Shown piece by piece: positions 39,401 to 53,700 of a stretch of 64,000 nt of DNA; within the stretch, counting starts at the first letter, position 1, and every line of letters begins with the position of its first letter. Location: positions 71,114,001-71,178,000 of the forward strand of contig NC_092346.1 of assembly GCF_963676685.1 (NCBI RefSeq). The letters run 5' to 3'. The notes under the pieces were generated by a model. The model made no database searches, was not told the DNA's origin, and was given only the letters and a program-made list of their open reading frames with translations. Position numbers and translations under genes: made by a program. The DNA is from Mytilus edulis (lineage: Eukaryota).

Positions 39401-41149
39401 CTAACAGTGTATACTTATTGACGGGGTATGAGTGGACTAGTAAGTTTATTATCCCGAGGAGCAACTATTGTCCTGAGGCGTAGCCGAGGGCAATAGTTGT
39501 ATCCGAGGAGTAAGTGTTTTATTGTATCGAAAAACACAACAAACAATAAATGGCGGTGATAGATCAACTATTGTTATAAAGAAGAAACCAAACCATAACT
39601 TTTACTTCATAGATATGTTCAAATGCTAAAGCAACGTCTTGCAATGACATCAACCCTATACTAGATACAATAGGTAAAACACGACGTCGTTACTCCCGCG
39701 TTTTTTTTTTTCAAAATCCTTCAATCTTGTAGACTGGTTCTCTGTCCTTTATCTGTTTGGCTGTGATACCCGTATGTTGCAAGGGAGAGGACCAGCCTGT
39801 CAATCTTGTGGCTGCATTTTAAATTTTGCGAAATATAATGACGCTTGCGGTCAAATAGTTTCACCCGGGCCAGGTCCAATAGTTGGAAATTTTTGACCGG
39901 TCCAATAGTTCAAAGCTTGTAATTTGCAAAATAGTGAAACTATTGTGTACTTATTTTATATAGAAAATGATAACTGAGGTAAAATGATTGATACTATGTA
40001 CTAGGGCTTTCGTTTCCTATCACAAGAAAGCTATTGAGTCTATCCTAAGAACCTAAGAAAGTTTTACGGTCGCAACTATATTTGGTTGATATTTATGGAA
40101 TAAATGTGTCAATGTGACCGATGATAATTATGTTCCTCTTGTTATAGTCATAATCATTCTTTCTTTTTTTCCCTCGATTGTGACATGACAACATTTTAAA
40201 ATTTCAAAACGAGTTTTTTTAATTGCAATGAGTAACACGACGGGTGCAAATAGTAGAACATGAATATACCTGACTGTAGTTTCTTATTCATTCATAGCCA
40301 CGGTAGCTGTGTTTGATAGGGGATTACTTTTTGGTTTTGATTTAGCTTTTAAATTTGTATTTTGAGCTATTCAATTTTCAAGTAATATCTTGTCTTATCC
40401 GTTAAATGCATTGTTTTGTGCCCGCTTTTCAAAGGGTAGTCGGAGAACTGAACTTTCAGACAAAATAGTCCAATTGTGAACTGTCCATTCGCGCGTAGAA
40501 ACATTCCATCCGCTCCTGAATACATGTATTGAGTATATAACTCACAGTGTATACTTATTGACTGGGTATGAGTGGAATAGTAAGTTTATTGTCCCGAGGA
40601 GCAACTATTGTCCTGTTTTCATTTCAATTTCTATTTCCTGTTCGATCAAGCTCTAGAGTTTTAACGATTACATGTATCAGTGATTTTTTTTTTTTTTTTT
40701 TTTTGGGGGGGGGGGGGGGGTAATGTCCCATAAAGAGACATTCACAAACAAAAGGTGCAAACAAGGGGGTTAAAACAACCTAAAGTCTTTCTGTGATGTA
40801 TGAACTATATGGAGCAGAATAACATTGATTCTAACAGCATCATCACAAACAACACCAATGAGGAAGCTGAAATCATAAACACTCGTTTACATACAATACT
40901 GACAGGACAAAACATTTATGCACCATGTACGAACACATCGCCAATAAAAACCAAAACATAAATCAAAGAACGTACCATTACACCTAGAACCTGAAACTGA
41001 GGAAACCAAATAATACCCTCCAACAAATATTGGACTACACAGAATACCAAAAATTGGTTTAATATCCCGCACAAAAGAACTGTCACCATATATCACATCT
41101 GTATACTTCAGAAGATTGAACAAAGCGAGATTGAATACATGGCTACAAG

Positions 41150-41485
41150 AGGATCATTCTAGTAGATGTGACCATCGTTGATTTCTGAAAGGCCTCACAA
41201 CAAAGTACTAGCGAAACTCACTAGTCACGATATAACAGCAAGGTAACTTTTATATATAACCTTCACGCTTCCTTACATCAAGATCATTTCAATCGAGTAG
41301 TGGCTGATATATAATCTTGATGAGCCACAAAGAACTGTCCCTGGACCTTTACTGTTCGCTGCAATAAAAAGATCTACCCGAATCACAGGTTGTCAGACTT
41401 TTTGCAGATGTCCGATTGTTATTTAGGCACATTAAATCATTCACCATGCAAAAGACATCCAGAGTTTCCAAGATGAATTGCAACC
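41150..41485 (+). pseudogene. Decayed non-LTR (LINE) RT fragment
   Basis: Remnants of DFxKA, PQ(G)TV(L)GPLLF and VRLFAD(D) motifs with frameshifts. Confidence 0.6.
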
Positions 41486-42146
41486 TCAAAGATATGTATA
41501 ACATATAAGACTTCAGAGGAATAAACATAACAGATTGAAGTCAAGAAATGGTACATAATAAATATGAAGTAGTTTGTGATAAATTTGTTTTTGCGAGGAA
41601 GTGGAGAAAATAATATTTCTTTGACCCATTTATTCATTAATTACCTATTGCAGTTAGATGTGATGGTCTTTATATTGACTTGTTGAACTCAAATTATATA
41701 CAGTTGCTTTGTCAATATTCCAGTGTTTGAAAGTGATAATGTTTCATATAAAATTACACCACAATCTGTCTTAAAAAAAACCCAACATTTGATAAACAAT
41801 ATATTGATTGTTTTGAGGTATGATATTTCATTTCAAGATAATCGGAGATGGAATAACAAACTACATCTCATTTAAAAAAGAAACATGCATAGTTTTGGGT
41901 TAATCGTTTTCAAAAATACACCTGCCAAAAACCTATGCCAGTATTTTTTACATTTTATGTTTGAATATCATTATCAATGCTATAAATACTATAAATAATA
42001 TAAGTCAAATAAAATCATACATAACTACAATTTTTAGTATATAAAGACAATAATGTCTACGTTCATATCAAAGCGACGATATATCGTGCAACTCTCATGT
42101 TAACATTATATCTAACGGTGTGTGTACTGTATTAGAATAAGCCTTC

Positions 42147-45100
42147 CTATTTCTCTCTCATCATCTTTATAAATTCTGAAAACAGAGGAAAATAACTATT
42201 ACTTCATAAACTACAAATCAAAATGGGATAATAGTTCATTAATTAATTATTTGTTGTATTGTGGTTTAAACAAACTACTATTCATTTATGGAATCTTACG
42301 ACTTCTTATTCATGTTGAGCGTTGTATTTTGATACTCACGTATTATTATATGTTATTGCGTTTGTGTTTTGGTCTGATTTCCACTCATTATGTTGTATGT
42401 CTTCTTATGAATGGACTAACGTGTTTTCTCTTCTTTTGACTGGAGTGTTAATGATCTGATATTTGTTTCTGTTTTCGTAGTTATAGTTTGCTTCATAAAT
42501 TCTTTTTATATTATGCTTGTACAATATTCATATTTATTTATTCATATTGTGTAGATAACAAACTAAGTACGAAAAGCAGCGTTCTAAATGAAACTTATAC
42601 CCACGCAATTATGGGAGGCTATGGTCGTATATTTGCACCAAACTGAAGTAAAGTTGATAAAACCAAAGCAACCTTCTTCCATCAACAATCTTAACATGTA
42701 GACATTATATTTCTAAAATCCAACCCTTTTTTTGTACTTGTTTCCTAGTCTATAAGCCTTTATATTTTTTTCTGTATGTTCCATATCTAATCTCTCACTT
42801 TCTGACAATTTGTTTTCAAAGTCTAGGTCATTCTCATTACTTTGATTAACACGTTTGACTGTACCATTAATAAAACTTGCCTACCTGTCAGATCTATTTG
42901 TCCGTCTCCATCAGAATCAGCCTCCATTATCATTTCTTCTGCCTCTGCCTTGGATAAATTTTCTCCCATTGAATTCATAGCTGCTCTAAACTCATCAGAG
43001 GTAATGATGCCGTTACCATCCTTATCGTACACATTGAATACTTCTCTATAGTCGTCATCGGTACATTGTTGTCTCATAGCATCAGACATAAGTTCCAAGA
43101 ACTCTTCATAATCTATCCCCTCATTTCCTAAAATTAAGTTTTAGATTAGCACTAGGTTCGTATTCAGCACTATAGCAAGTCTTTAGTTAACTCATTTTGG
43201 GTTATTTCTATTAATTTTCTTCGGTTGTTTGATGGATTTTGTTTGTTGTTCTTTTATCAGATGTTTTAATGACTATTAAACAAACGACGAAAACAAGTAT
43301 ACATTTAGAAGAGAAAATAAAAAAAAAAAGATCGAAAAACAATTATATTTATCCGATAATAGCTATTATAAATCTTCAAAGAAAACAAAACAACTTTAAA
43401 TAGAAAGTAATCCTGAGCATTAGCACACAGTCAACCACACATACTATAAAAAAGAAATCATATACTATTATACCCTTCTGATCTATCTCTTTGATTATAT
43501 CCTGTAGTTCAGCTTCAGTTGGACTCTGATTAAAGGTCCTCATGAGTAAACCAAGATCATTTGAAGATAACTTATCATCTTTTTTCTTGTTAAAATGGTT
43601 AAAGATATTCTGTATTTCTAAAACAAAAATACATGTATCATATATGGTCCTGAAGCAAGTGAATTGAGTATAAATTTCATATTAAAAGTCGAAAACAGAT
43701 TTCTATACTACAATCCGTTATGTGACAATTAAGCGCTTCGGACGCAAGAAATTAATAACGTGTTGTTTTCAATATTTTACATCACTGGGTCGGTACCTCT
43801 GCTGGTGGACTATCAGTCCCCGAGGGTATCATCAGCTCGGTAGTCAGTATTTCGGTCCTGACATGATTTAACAAACTTTACTAAAATTGTCCGTTTATAA
43901 ATTTATAAATTATTAAGAAACTAAGGTTTCAACTCCCTCAGGCAAAGTTGGCTTTAGATTAATTTGGCTAATTATTTTTGGTATTTTTTGACATTCAGCT
44001 CTTCAACGGTTTCGGTACTTATACATCTTCGGATTTCAAATGTTTGGCTTTGAGCGTTCCTGATGAAGGTAAATCCAGAAAAGCGCTTCGGACGCAAGAA
44101 ATTAATAACGTGTTGTTTTCAATATTTTACATCACTGGGTCGGTACCTCTGCTGGTGGACTATCAGTCCCCGAGGGTATCATCAGCTCGGTAGTCAGTAT
44201 TTCGGTCCTGACATGATTTAACAAACTTTACTAAAATTGTCCGTTTATAAATTTATAAATTATTAAGAAACTAAGGTTTCAACTCCCTCAGGCAAAGTTG
44301 GCTTTAGATTAATTTGGCTAATTATTTTTGGTATTTTTTGACATTCAGCTCTTCAACGGTTTCGGTACTTATACATCTTCGGATTTCAAATGTTTGGCTT
44401 TGAGCGTTCCTGATGAAGGTAAATCCAGAAAAGCGCTTCGGACGCAAGAAATTAATAACGTGTTGTTTTCAATATTTTACATCACTGGGTCGGTACCTCT
44501 GCTGGTGGACTATCAGTCCCCGAGGGTATCATCAGCTCGGTAGTCAGTATTTCGGTCCTGACATGATTTAACAAACTTTACTAAAATTGTCCGTTTATAA
44601 ATTTATAAATTATTAAGAAACTAAGGTTTCAACTCCCTCAGGCAAAGTTGGCTTTAGATTAATTTGGCTAATTATTTTTGGTATTTTTTGACATTCAGCT
44701 CTTCAACGGTTTCGGTACTTATACATCTTCGGATTTCAAATGTTTGGCTTTGAGCGTTCCTGATGAAGGTAAATCCAGAAAAGCGCTTCGGACGCAAGAA
44801 ATTAATAACGTGTTGTTTTCAATATTAAATGACATAACGGCTTTGACTGTAGTGATCTCAAATATGCGTATTTCGTTTATTTTTACTTTTTGACTTCATG
44901 TACAAAGCATTTTATGGTTATAAATAAAAGAGGGACGAAAGATATCTAAGGGACAGTCGAACTCATAAATCGAAAATAAACTGACAACGCCATGGCTAAA
45001 ATTGGAAAGGACCAACAGACAAACAATAGTACACATGACACAACATAGAAAAATAAAAAATAAACAACACGAACCCCCGAATAAATGCAACGTAAAATTG

Positions 45101-45541
45101 CATTTTGAACTCATGATATTGTAGAGTCTGCATTGTTTGCAAAATAGTACATGTCTTACATGCGTCGTTGAAGACCATTATGGCTTGATGCGTTAATTGC
45201 GTAAGATGTTTTAGGCCGTGTGCTTAAAATTGAATTAAAATGTATATATGTGTATTTATATAATTGCATTGTTTGTTTTTTCAAATATTTAATGTATTGA
45301 AAATGTCCTTATACAAACCTTCTAACTGGTCTTCTGTAAAATCAGACGCCTGTTTGAAACAAACAAATATACATTACTATGATCGTCATTTAAGATACAA
45401 ATACTAAATATGAATATTTGCAGATTCCCAAGTATCAAAAGATGAAACATTGAAACCTAACAACAAATAAGAATTAAGAATAACTGATCTATTCCTGACT
45501 AGTTAAATAAAATCACTCGCAAAAATAATAAAACTTACCAT
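42147..45541 (-). CDS. Calmodulin-like gene 1 (149 aa). Exons 45539-45541, 45319-45349, 43474-43617, 42885-43127, 42147-42175
   Basis: MASDFTEDQLEEIQNIF...QSPTEAELQDIIKEID...DKDGNGIITSDE...DSDGDGQIDLTEFIKMMREK*; calmodulin-type exon sizes 3/31/144/243/29. Confidence 0.92.
43731..44826 (+). mobile_element. Non-LTR retrozyme array: three apparently identical 350-bp units plus a partial unit
   Basis: AAGCGCTTCGGACGC at 43731, 44081, 44431 and 44781; one hammerhead per unit. Confidence 0.9.
44054..44095 (+). ncRNA. Type I hammerhead ribozyme variant (copies at 44404-44445 and 44754-44795)
   Basis: gcgttc-CTGATGA-a-gg-taaat-cc-a-GAAA-agcgct-TC-ggacgc; 6-bp stem I, palindromic stem III AAGCGCTT, atypical stem II. 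Confidence 0.8.
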
Positions 45542-47623
45542 TCTGCTATGCTTTTTTATTTTTAAACGTTATGAAACTCGACACCAACTTGAACATATTG
45601 ACCTAATAATCTAGTGCGAAGAAGAATTCACCATTCAAGGTATTTAAAACCTTTTAATTATTTTCGTAATTCTCCTTGATTTTTGTTATTACATTTTACT
45701 TTACATTGAACGGGTTGTTCCTATCACTGCGTCTATTAGATTTCTCCTACTGTGTGATTAAAATTCTTTTCTGATTATATTGAGAGAAAAAAAAACAATA
45801 GACAGATAAGTCTTTGAAAGGATTATATACAAAGGGTTATTCAATTATGTCTCTTTTTATTTAGATATTTTATCGACAATCGTCTTGTAATTGGTTTAGG
45901 TTTTATTTACAGGTAAAACATATTTTATTTACCCAAAGTTGGTTGGACACAATTAATCAAACTTGTGTAATATTTTCGAGACTGCTTAGCCATATTTGGC
46001 ACATTTTTGATAATTTTGGGTTTTAATGCTCTTCAACTTCGTATTTAATTTGACTTTACAATTGTTTTGATCTGAGTGTCACTGCCAAGTCTTATGCCGA
46101 CGAAAAAGTGTGTCTGGTGTACATTATCATAAGCCTGGTATTCTTGATGAGTTTTTATAACCACTGGGTCTATTCTTTTGCTGATGAACGTTTCGGGTAT
46201 AACCACTTCAGAAACCTTCTAATACATTGTTATTTTTAGTTTTTTCTGTAATGAAAAAAAGACAATATGCTAGACATACTTGCTGCAAGTGTACAAGAGA
46301 GGGAGGCAAAAGATATAAAAGATACATTAAAATTCATAAAGGTCAAAAATAAATTGAAAAAGCAATATTAACAAAAGAAAAAGACTAAAAGAAAAACAAC
46401 AGTATACAAAACAAAGAAAATTAAAGACTGAGCAACACGAAGGGTATGCATATCCTGTTCAACATATGACATCCATCGAATGATATGATTTAAGTGGTGA
46501 ACTTATTTTTTTTTTTTTTTAGAATATGAGCGTTCAACGATGAAGGTGGAGTTAGGAATCGGACACACCACTCATTTTATTATACACGTACATTTCAGCA
46601 ATAAATATATCACCAGCCTTGAAGTCAGCACTTCTCAATTGATATGAATTAGCATTGATATGGTCATACTTGTAAATTAACTATTTTAATAAACTTACAA
46701 TTGCCCGAAACATTAATGATTTTCTACCAAAGGAATATATTACCTTAGATATATTTGGTAAAACCTTTCGCAATATTCGGTCCTCAATGCTCTTTAACTT
46801 CATACTGTAATAAGCCTTTAATTTTTTAGTCGAGTGTCTTTGGTGTGTCCTTTATAGATGAAACGCGCGTTTGGTTTACAAAATTATCCCCTTGGTATCT
46901 TTGATGAGTCTATTTAAAGGTATTTTAATCGGAGCGATGCTCCAATTGCAGTTTAATCTAAATGAAAATCTAAATTCTAAATTCATTTGATTGGTAATCC
47001 AACAACATTTTCCTCATCTATTGCAACTAAGATTTTAAAATACAAGCACGTGTTTCGGGATCTCAATATTGACGAATTTAAAATGGCCATAGTTATATTA
47101 GAGTCCGTTTCTGTGTGTGTTACATTTTAATGTTGTGTTTCTGTCGTGTCGTCGTTCTCCTCTCATATTTGATGCGTTTTCCTCAGTTTTAGTTTGTAAC
47201 CCGGATTTTTTTCTCAATCGATTTACGAGTTTCGAACAGCGGTATACTGCTGTTGCCTTTATTTAAGTATAAACCTTCTGTCAGAATCAGTGCTAGATCT
47301 CAATATAGATATATTCCAGCTTTCCACGTTATTGCAAATGACATGAACATGGTCTAAAACACTTTCACGCGAAATGTGATATCCTAAGGCCCGAAATATT
47401 ATGAGCCTAGATCCAGTAATTGGAAACACAACTTTAAAATACTAATGAATCAATTTGAGGATTATGACAGGCAATGGTCTAAGCCATAAAAATAATTCAA
47501 AGATACCCTTTCCGAAAAGGTTATTACAGTGAGGTCATTGAATCTCATTAGAAATTTGAATGAGTCTATAAATACATATGCTATGTGGATCTTTAAGGAG
47601 CCAAATGTCGCTATTACAAATAT

Positions 47624-48047
47624 TGACAACTGTCATATTCCTGACTTGGTACAGGCATTTTCTAATGTAGAAAATGGTGGATTGAACCTGGTTTTATAGC
47701 TAGCTAAACCTCTCACTTGTATGACAGTCGCATCAAATTCCATTACATTGTCAACGATGCGTGAACAAAACAAACATACTCAAAGAGTAAAAATGTCAAA
47801 AATAGGGGTACAGCAGTCAACATTGTGTTATCATCTTAATCACTATAAAAACAACAAATGTAACGAAGAAGCACAAAAAGGCATACATCAAGTTTAACAT
47901 CCTCATTTTGCTTATCTTATACGATTTTATGTATCTATGTAAAGTCTAACCGTAAAGGATGGAAAGTTTTCAGTACTGGTGTAAAATTGCGCGTTTGAAA
48001 TTCGCACAGGTAGACATAACATAATTTTGTCGTTCAAAGTATGACGT
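47624..48047 (-). mobile_element. PLE family B 3' end/pseudo-LTR, interrupted by the family A copy (continues ~49360-49626)
   Basis: Reverse complement of the common repeat; GTCGTTCAAAGTATGA motif on both sides of the insertion. Confidence 0.65.
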
Positions 48048-49358
48048 AAAATTGAGAATGGAAATGGGGAATGTGTCAAAGAGACAACAACCCGACCAAA
48101 TAAAAAACAACAGCAGAGGGTCACCAACAGGTCTTCAATGTAGCGAGAAATTCCCGCACCCGGAGGCGTCCTTCTGCTGGCCCCTCAACAAATATATATT
48201 AGTCCAGTGATAATGAACGCCATACTAATTTCCAAATTGTACACAAGAAACTAAAATTAAAATAATACAAGACTAACAAAGGCCAGAGGCTCCTGACTTG
48301 GGACAGGCGCAAAAATGCGGCGGGGTTAAACATGTTTGTGAGATCTCAACCCTCCCCCTATACCTCTAACCAATGTAGAAAAGTAAACGCATAACAATAC
48401 GCACATTAAAATTCAGTTCAAGAGAAGTCCGAGTTTGATGTCAGAAGATGGAACCAAAGAAAATAAACAAAATGACAATAATACATAAATAACAACAGAC
48501 TACTAGCAGTTAACTGACATGCCAGCTCCAGACTTCAATTAAACTAACTGAAAGATTATGATTTCATCATATGAACATCAGGCACAATCCTTCCCGTTAG
48601 GGGTTTAGTATCATACCATCATAACATATATGAGAAGAACATAACCCGTGTCATGCCAACAACTGTTTTAAGAATAAATGTGTTTAGTTCCGATGCAAAG
48701 ACCTTATCAGTGACTCAATATTAACGCCAAAATATGCAATCTTTAATGACTTGACAACAGTATCGTAATTATAATATAAAGGTTTTGTAAGTTTCTGAGG
48801 TGAATACTGACACCTTTGTGCTTTATAAAGAACATTTCCATAAAAAAATTGGATGTGAAATACCTGAACGTATTAGAAGTCTGCATGTTGAGCTATATTT
48901 ACGAATGATGTCTTTATACCGATGATAAAATTTAGTAAATGTTTTGACTAGTTTGTGATATTGAAAACCCTGGTGTAATAATTTTTCAGTAATACATAAA
49001 TTTCTCTCGTTAAAAACATTGTTACATACACGAGCGAATCGTACAAGTTGAGATATATAAACACCGTAAGATGGTGACAAGGGAACGTCACCATCTAAAA
49101 ACGGATAATTAACGATAGAAAATGAAAAATCATCCCTTTTATCATAAATTTTAGTATTCAGCTTTCCATTAGTGATATAGATATCAAGATCGAGAAAAGG
49201 GCAGTGGTCATTGTTAGTATTAGCTTTATTTAAAGTAAGTTCAGCCTTTTATCATAAATTTTAGTATTCAGCTTTCCATTAGTGATATAGATATCAAGAT
49301 CGAGAAAAGGGCAGTGGTCATTGTTAGTATTAGCTTTATTTAAAGTAAGTTCAACAGG
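48048..49358 (-). mobile_element. Second Naiad-type PLE family A copy, 5'-truncated, with deletions and a ~110-bp terminal duplication; SECIS at ~48563-48636
   Basis: Near-identical to 670-1895; 49135-49243 repeated at 49245-49353. Confidence 0.9.
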
Positions 49359-49647
49359 ACGGCATACATAAATGCAGAGTCACGTAAAGTATAACAAAAA
49401 ACAGACTTAACAGTAAAAGTAATAATAATAAATAAAATAATTTTGTGGTTCAAAGTATGACGGGATACATAAGTACAGAGTCACGTCAAATGTATATCAT
49501 AAAAAACAGACTTAACAGAAAAAGTAGTATTAAAGAATAAAATAGTTTTGTCATTCAAAGTATGACATGATCCATAAGTAAAAGTAATATTAATAAATGA
49601 AATAATTTTGTCGTTCAAAGTATGATGTTTTAATTAAACTGATTGAA

Positions 49648-50232
49648 AGCGACAACAACCCGACCATAAAACAGACAACAGCCGAAGGCCACCGATGGGT
49701 CTTCAATGTAGCGAGAAACTCACGCACCCGGAGGCGTCCTCCAGCTGGCTCCTTAAAAATATGCATACTAGTTCAGTGATAATGGACGTCATACTAAACT
49801 CCGAATTATACACAAGAAACTAAAATTAAAAATCACACAAGACTAACAAAAGACCAGTGGTTACTGACTTGGGACAAGCGCAAAATTGCGACGGGGTTAA
49901 ACATGTTTATGAGATCTCAACCCCCCATACCTCTAGCCAATGTAGAAAAGTAAACGCATAACAATACGCACATTAAAATTCAGTTCAAGAGAAGTCCGAG
50001 CCCGATGTCGGAAGATGTAACAAAAGAAAATAAACAAAATGACAATAATACATAGATAAGAACAGACTACCAGCAGTTGACTGACATGCCAGCTCCAGGC
50101 CTCAATTAAACTGATTGAAAGATTATGTCTTCATCATATGAATATCAGGCACAACCCCTCCCGTTAGGGGTTTAGTATCATACTATCATAAAATATATGA
50201 GACGAACATAACCCGTGTCGTGCCAACAACTG
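49648..50232 (-). mobile_element. Solo pseudo-LTR of a family A subfamily; SECIS at ~50130-50203
   Basis: Diverged copy of ~705-1288 with ATGA/AAA/TGA core retained. Confidence 0.85.
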
Positions 50233-50797
50233 TAAGTATTTTTATGATTCAATAAAAACTACGACGACTTTTTAACATTGCTTTTTACATTTTTTCATTA
50301 TGAGCGTATCTACGGTCCACTTAGGTTTTTGACTTGCATCACGTTCATGAATACTCAAGGAATGTCATGTACATATGATTGTGGGCCGTATGTTCTCCCA
50401 TAGTTGAAAATGCAGAAAAATGTTTGGAAATTTGTTTGCCCTTTTCGCAACTCTTGAGGAGTTTTCAGCAACAAAGCCGTACAAAAATTTAATCTTGGTA
50501 TCTTTAATGAGTTTAGTATGATAAAGATCACATATTCCTATTTTTTCACTATACAACAATACTAAAAAAAGAATAAAAACAAGCATGCTGTGAGACAATT
50601 TAATATTTTCACTAATAACTATAATAACTTACAAAAAACCTACATTCTTTACATTACATAACATGAGAAAACATTTAAGAGAACTGGAAACTTTCCTTGT
50701 AGTGAAGGACATACGTGTACTTTTTTTAAAATAAATAAATAAATGCTTGTTAAAGTCAAAACTGTTCACATCTTCATCATATATGACTGTTCCTTTA

Positions 50798-53700
50798 TTA
50801 TTTTGATGTCACCGTCATCACAAACTCTGAAAGTAAAATCGTATGTTATAATTTTGTTAATTATAAAATTGCCACACATCTTTTTTTTTATTCACATATG
50901 AGAATTGTCTTAAAATTGACAGTTTCTTTGAATTTATTGCTTCTTTAGCAGAATTTTTTCCCTCACTTTTATTATAACTGGGACTGTCATCAGGTGAAAA
51001 GAAATCTTAACATAACCCAAAATGAGCCTCCTTTTTCTCCCTATTACTTTTTGTCTTTTTTTCTTTTGTCGTGCTGTAGTCTAAAATATTTGTCTAAATA
51101 TTTCTAAAGTGTGGAAATAAATTTCATCAATTAAAAGTTACAATGGGTAAAATGTTGTCTTTTAAAATTATTGTTATTGTACGTTTTCCATCGAATTTTC
51201 GAGTACAATAACAAGGGATTTTGGAAGGGATATTTCAAATTTCCCTTAAATTTTAATGGGTCAAAATAATTAACTTAATGAAACATGTATGTAGTGTAAT
51301 TCGAATATCAAAAAGCATGTTAATCCCGAGGGTATCACACGGCCAATTGCAAATACTTTGATTTCAATGGATATTAAAAAGTTATGTTTAAAATATGACA
51401 CAGGAAAGAATGGCCCGGCCCTGGATTTCCCTTGTTTTTAGTTTTCTTCGAATTTCCATTGTTCATATTTCTTCAGATATTCAAATTTGTTTAGTTTTTA
51501 TTACATTAGAATGAAATTAAAAAAAGTGTGGCTGTGGCCATTGATTGACACATTAAATTCATCCACTGACTGGGACAATTTACGTGAACGTTTGTCTGTA
51601 ACGACCACTGTTCACGACGTACCTACGATAGACATTTAAACTGTGGGGTCACCGAAGGTTTCTTAACGCCTTTAATTATAAAATAATTCGAAAAATTAAT
51701 CAGGAATAACCTTTATGTTTTGATTTATATAATTGATATAAATCAAAACATCGTGTTATTTTTTATTAATTTTTCGAATTACTTTATTAAGGTGTTGAGA
51801 ACCTTTGGTGACCCCATAGTTTAAGTGTCTTTAAAAAGTACATAGTGAGCAGTGGTCGTTACATACAAACGTTCACCTAAATTGTCCCAGTCAATGGATG
51901 AATTTAATATGTCAATCAATGGCCACATCCACACTGTTTTAAATTTCATTCTATTTTAAAAGCAATTAAAAGTATAAAGACATTAACATTACCTTCGTAA
52001 TGAATTTTCCCCTCGCCGTCTTTATCTGCTTCTTGAATTAATTCCTCTATTTCAGCATTTGACATTACTTCACCCATAGTTGTCATTAGGTGTCTAAAAT
52101 GTTTGGAATCAATGTATCCTTTCCCATCCTTATCGAAAACTTTAAATGCTTCTTGAAGTTCTGTCATAGGATCTTTTGGTTTCATTCGAGTTGTCATGAT
52201 ACTCAACATTTCAGAAAAGTCTATAGTTTGGTTACCTGAGAGAAAAAAAACATGATGATGGTATTTTAAGTTTTAATTGTACTTTTTTTTTCTCTCACTG
52301 CAATCATATTACATCATCCTGTTTTCATATTGAGCAAGTTAGAAAAGAATTATTTCGTATTCTAATATGAGGTTAGAAAAAAAAGAAGAAATTGTTTATT
52401 TTCTTATGATACAAAATATGGAATCCACTGTACAAATCCGAAAAACATAGAAAGGTCGCTTCTATTCGGATATTCTTCTCAACAATGTCACAATTAAGAA
52501 CTTCAACGCAGAACAAAACCTTGCACCTTGCTGCTAGCTCACGACTCCCTCATAGCACCGGTTTTGAAAGGAACTATGACTATGAACATTTCGAACGCTA
52601 CAACGTGCATTGATGAAAACACCTGTGGTGTAATATAAGCAAATACAGATTATAACGGAAAAGGAATTTCTGTCTTATAAGAGTCCTAATTTTTAGTTGG
52701 GGTGATTTTTACATGGATGATTTATGGTTTGATTTTCCCCTTTATTTAATGTTAATATGATGTTGTAGATGATAGCACAGAAGAAAAGAGGAAACGGTCA
52801 CAATAAATTCGTAGCTCTATTATATAGTACGTTTCGACCCAGGTTTGGCTTAAATCTAGATAATCGTCGTAATTATCAAATGAGAATCGAAATGATTTAG
52901 ATATCACACTTGAACATTTACTTAGCTTTTGGTTAGCAAATCTTATTAGTAAACCTGTTTGATAGTCTTTAGTCGTCGGCGAAGAAATTTGTTGAGAAAT
53001 TTATAAGAATTTAAACAAATAAAGATGTCATTTGTATTCTAGAATTGAATTCTTGTCTGTATCATGGCAAATCGGATGCAAGTTATTCATCTTAGATATT
53101 GATAAACAAAAATGTGTATTTTGTTCCGCCTTGGTGTATATTTCACATTAGTAGCCATGAATTAAACCACTTTTTACTTCAAAACTAAAATTAAAGTATT
53201 ACATTTAGTATATTTTCTTGTAAACAACACATAAGGTCCAAGAACACAACGGTCGTCCCTTGATTTTCGTTGCTCACAAATATATAGTCCCTAGTGTTGA
53301 CAGTCGGTTACTTGCCATTAATTTTTATACCCCTTTCAAATTTATTTCTTCATGTTTAATGCCTCAAATTGCAAGTAAGGGGGTTGAAATTACACTGTAA
53401 AAAAATTTGGGTCCAGAATTTTAAAGGAAAGTAGTGATTTGGTCCAGCTGAAAAAGGTTAAAAATTAGCACTTCGGAAGCTGTCAAAAGATTTCAAGACG
53501 CCCTAAACATAAAAGTGTCCATATTTTATCTTAGAGCCGATGAAGTATTCTATAATTTTGATATAATTTGTCCCAAAAGTAGTACAACACACTGTAAAAG
53601 TTTCTTTGAGAAAGCGCAGGTGGGATTTGTTTTATTTTCATTTATGTTCTAAAAGAAATGCACTACGAAATAATTGTGGTCTCGGACCATAATACATACC

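Noticed and set aside
37006-40720. Poly-C at ~37006-37023 and poly-T/poly-G at ~40684-40720
   Set aside because: Simple homopolymers with no supporting structure
43978-44893. Three 71-aa ORFs
   Set aside because: Chance frames in retrozyme units, starting at TTG, with no protein motif
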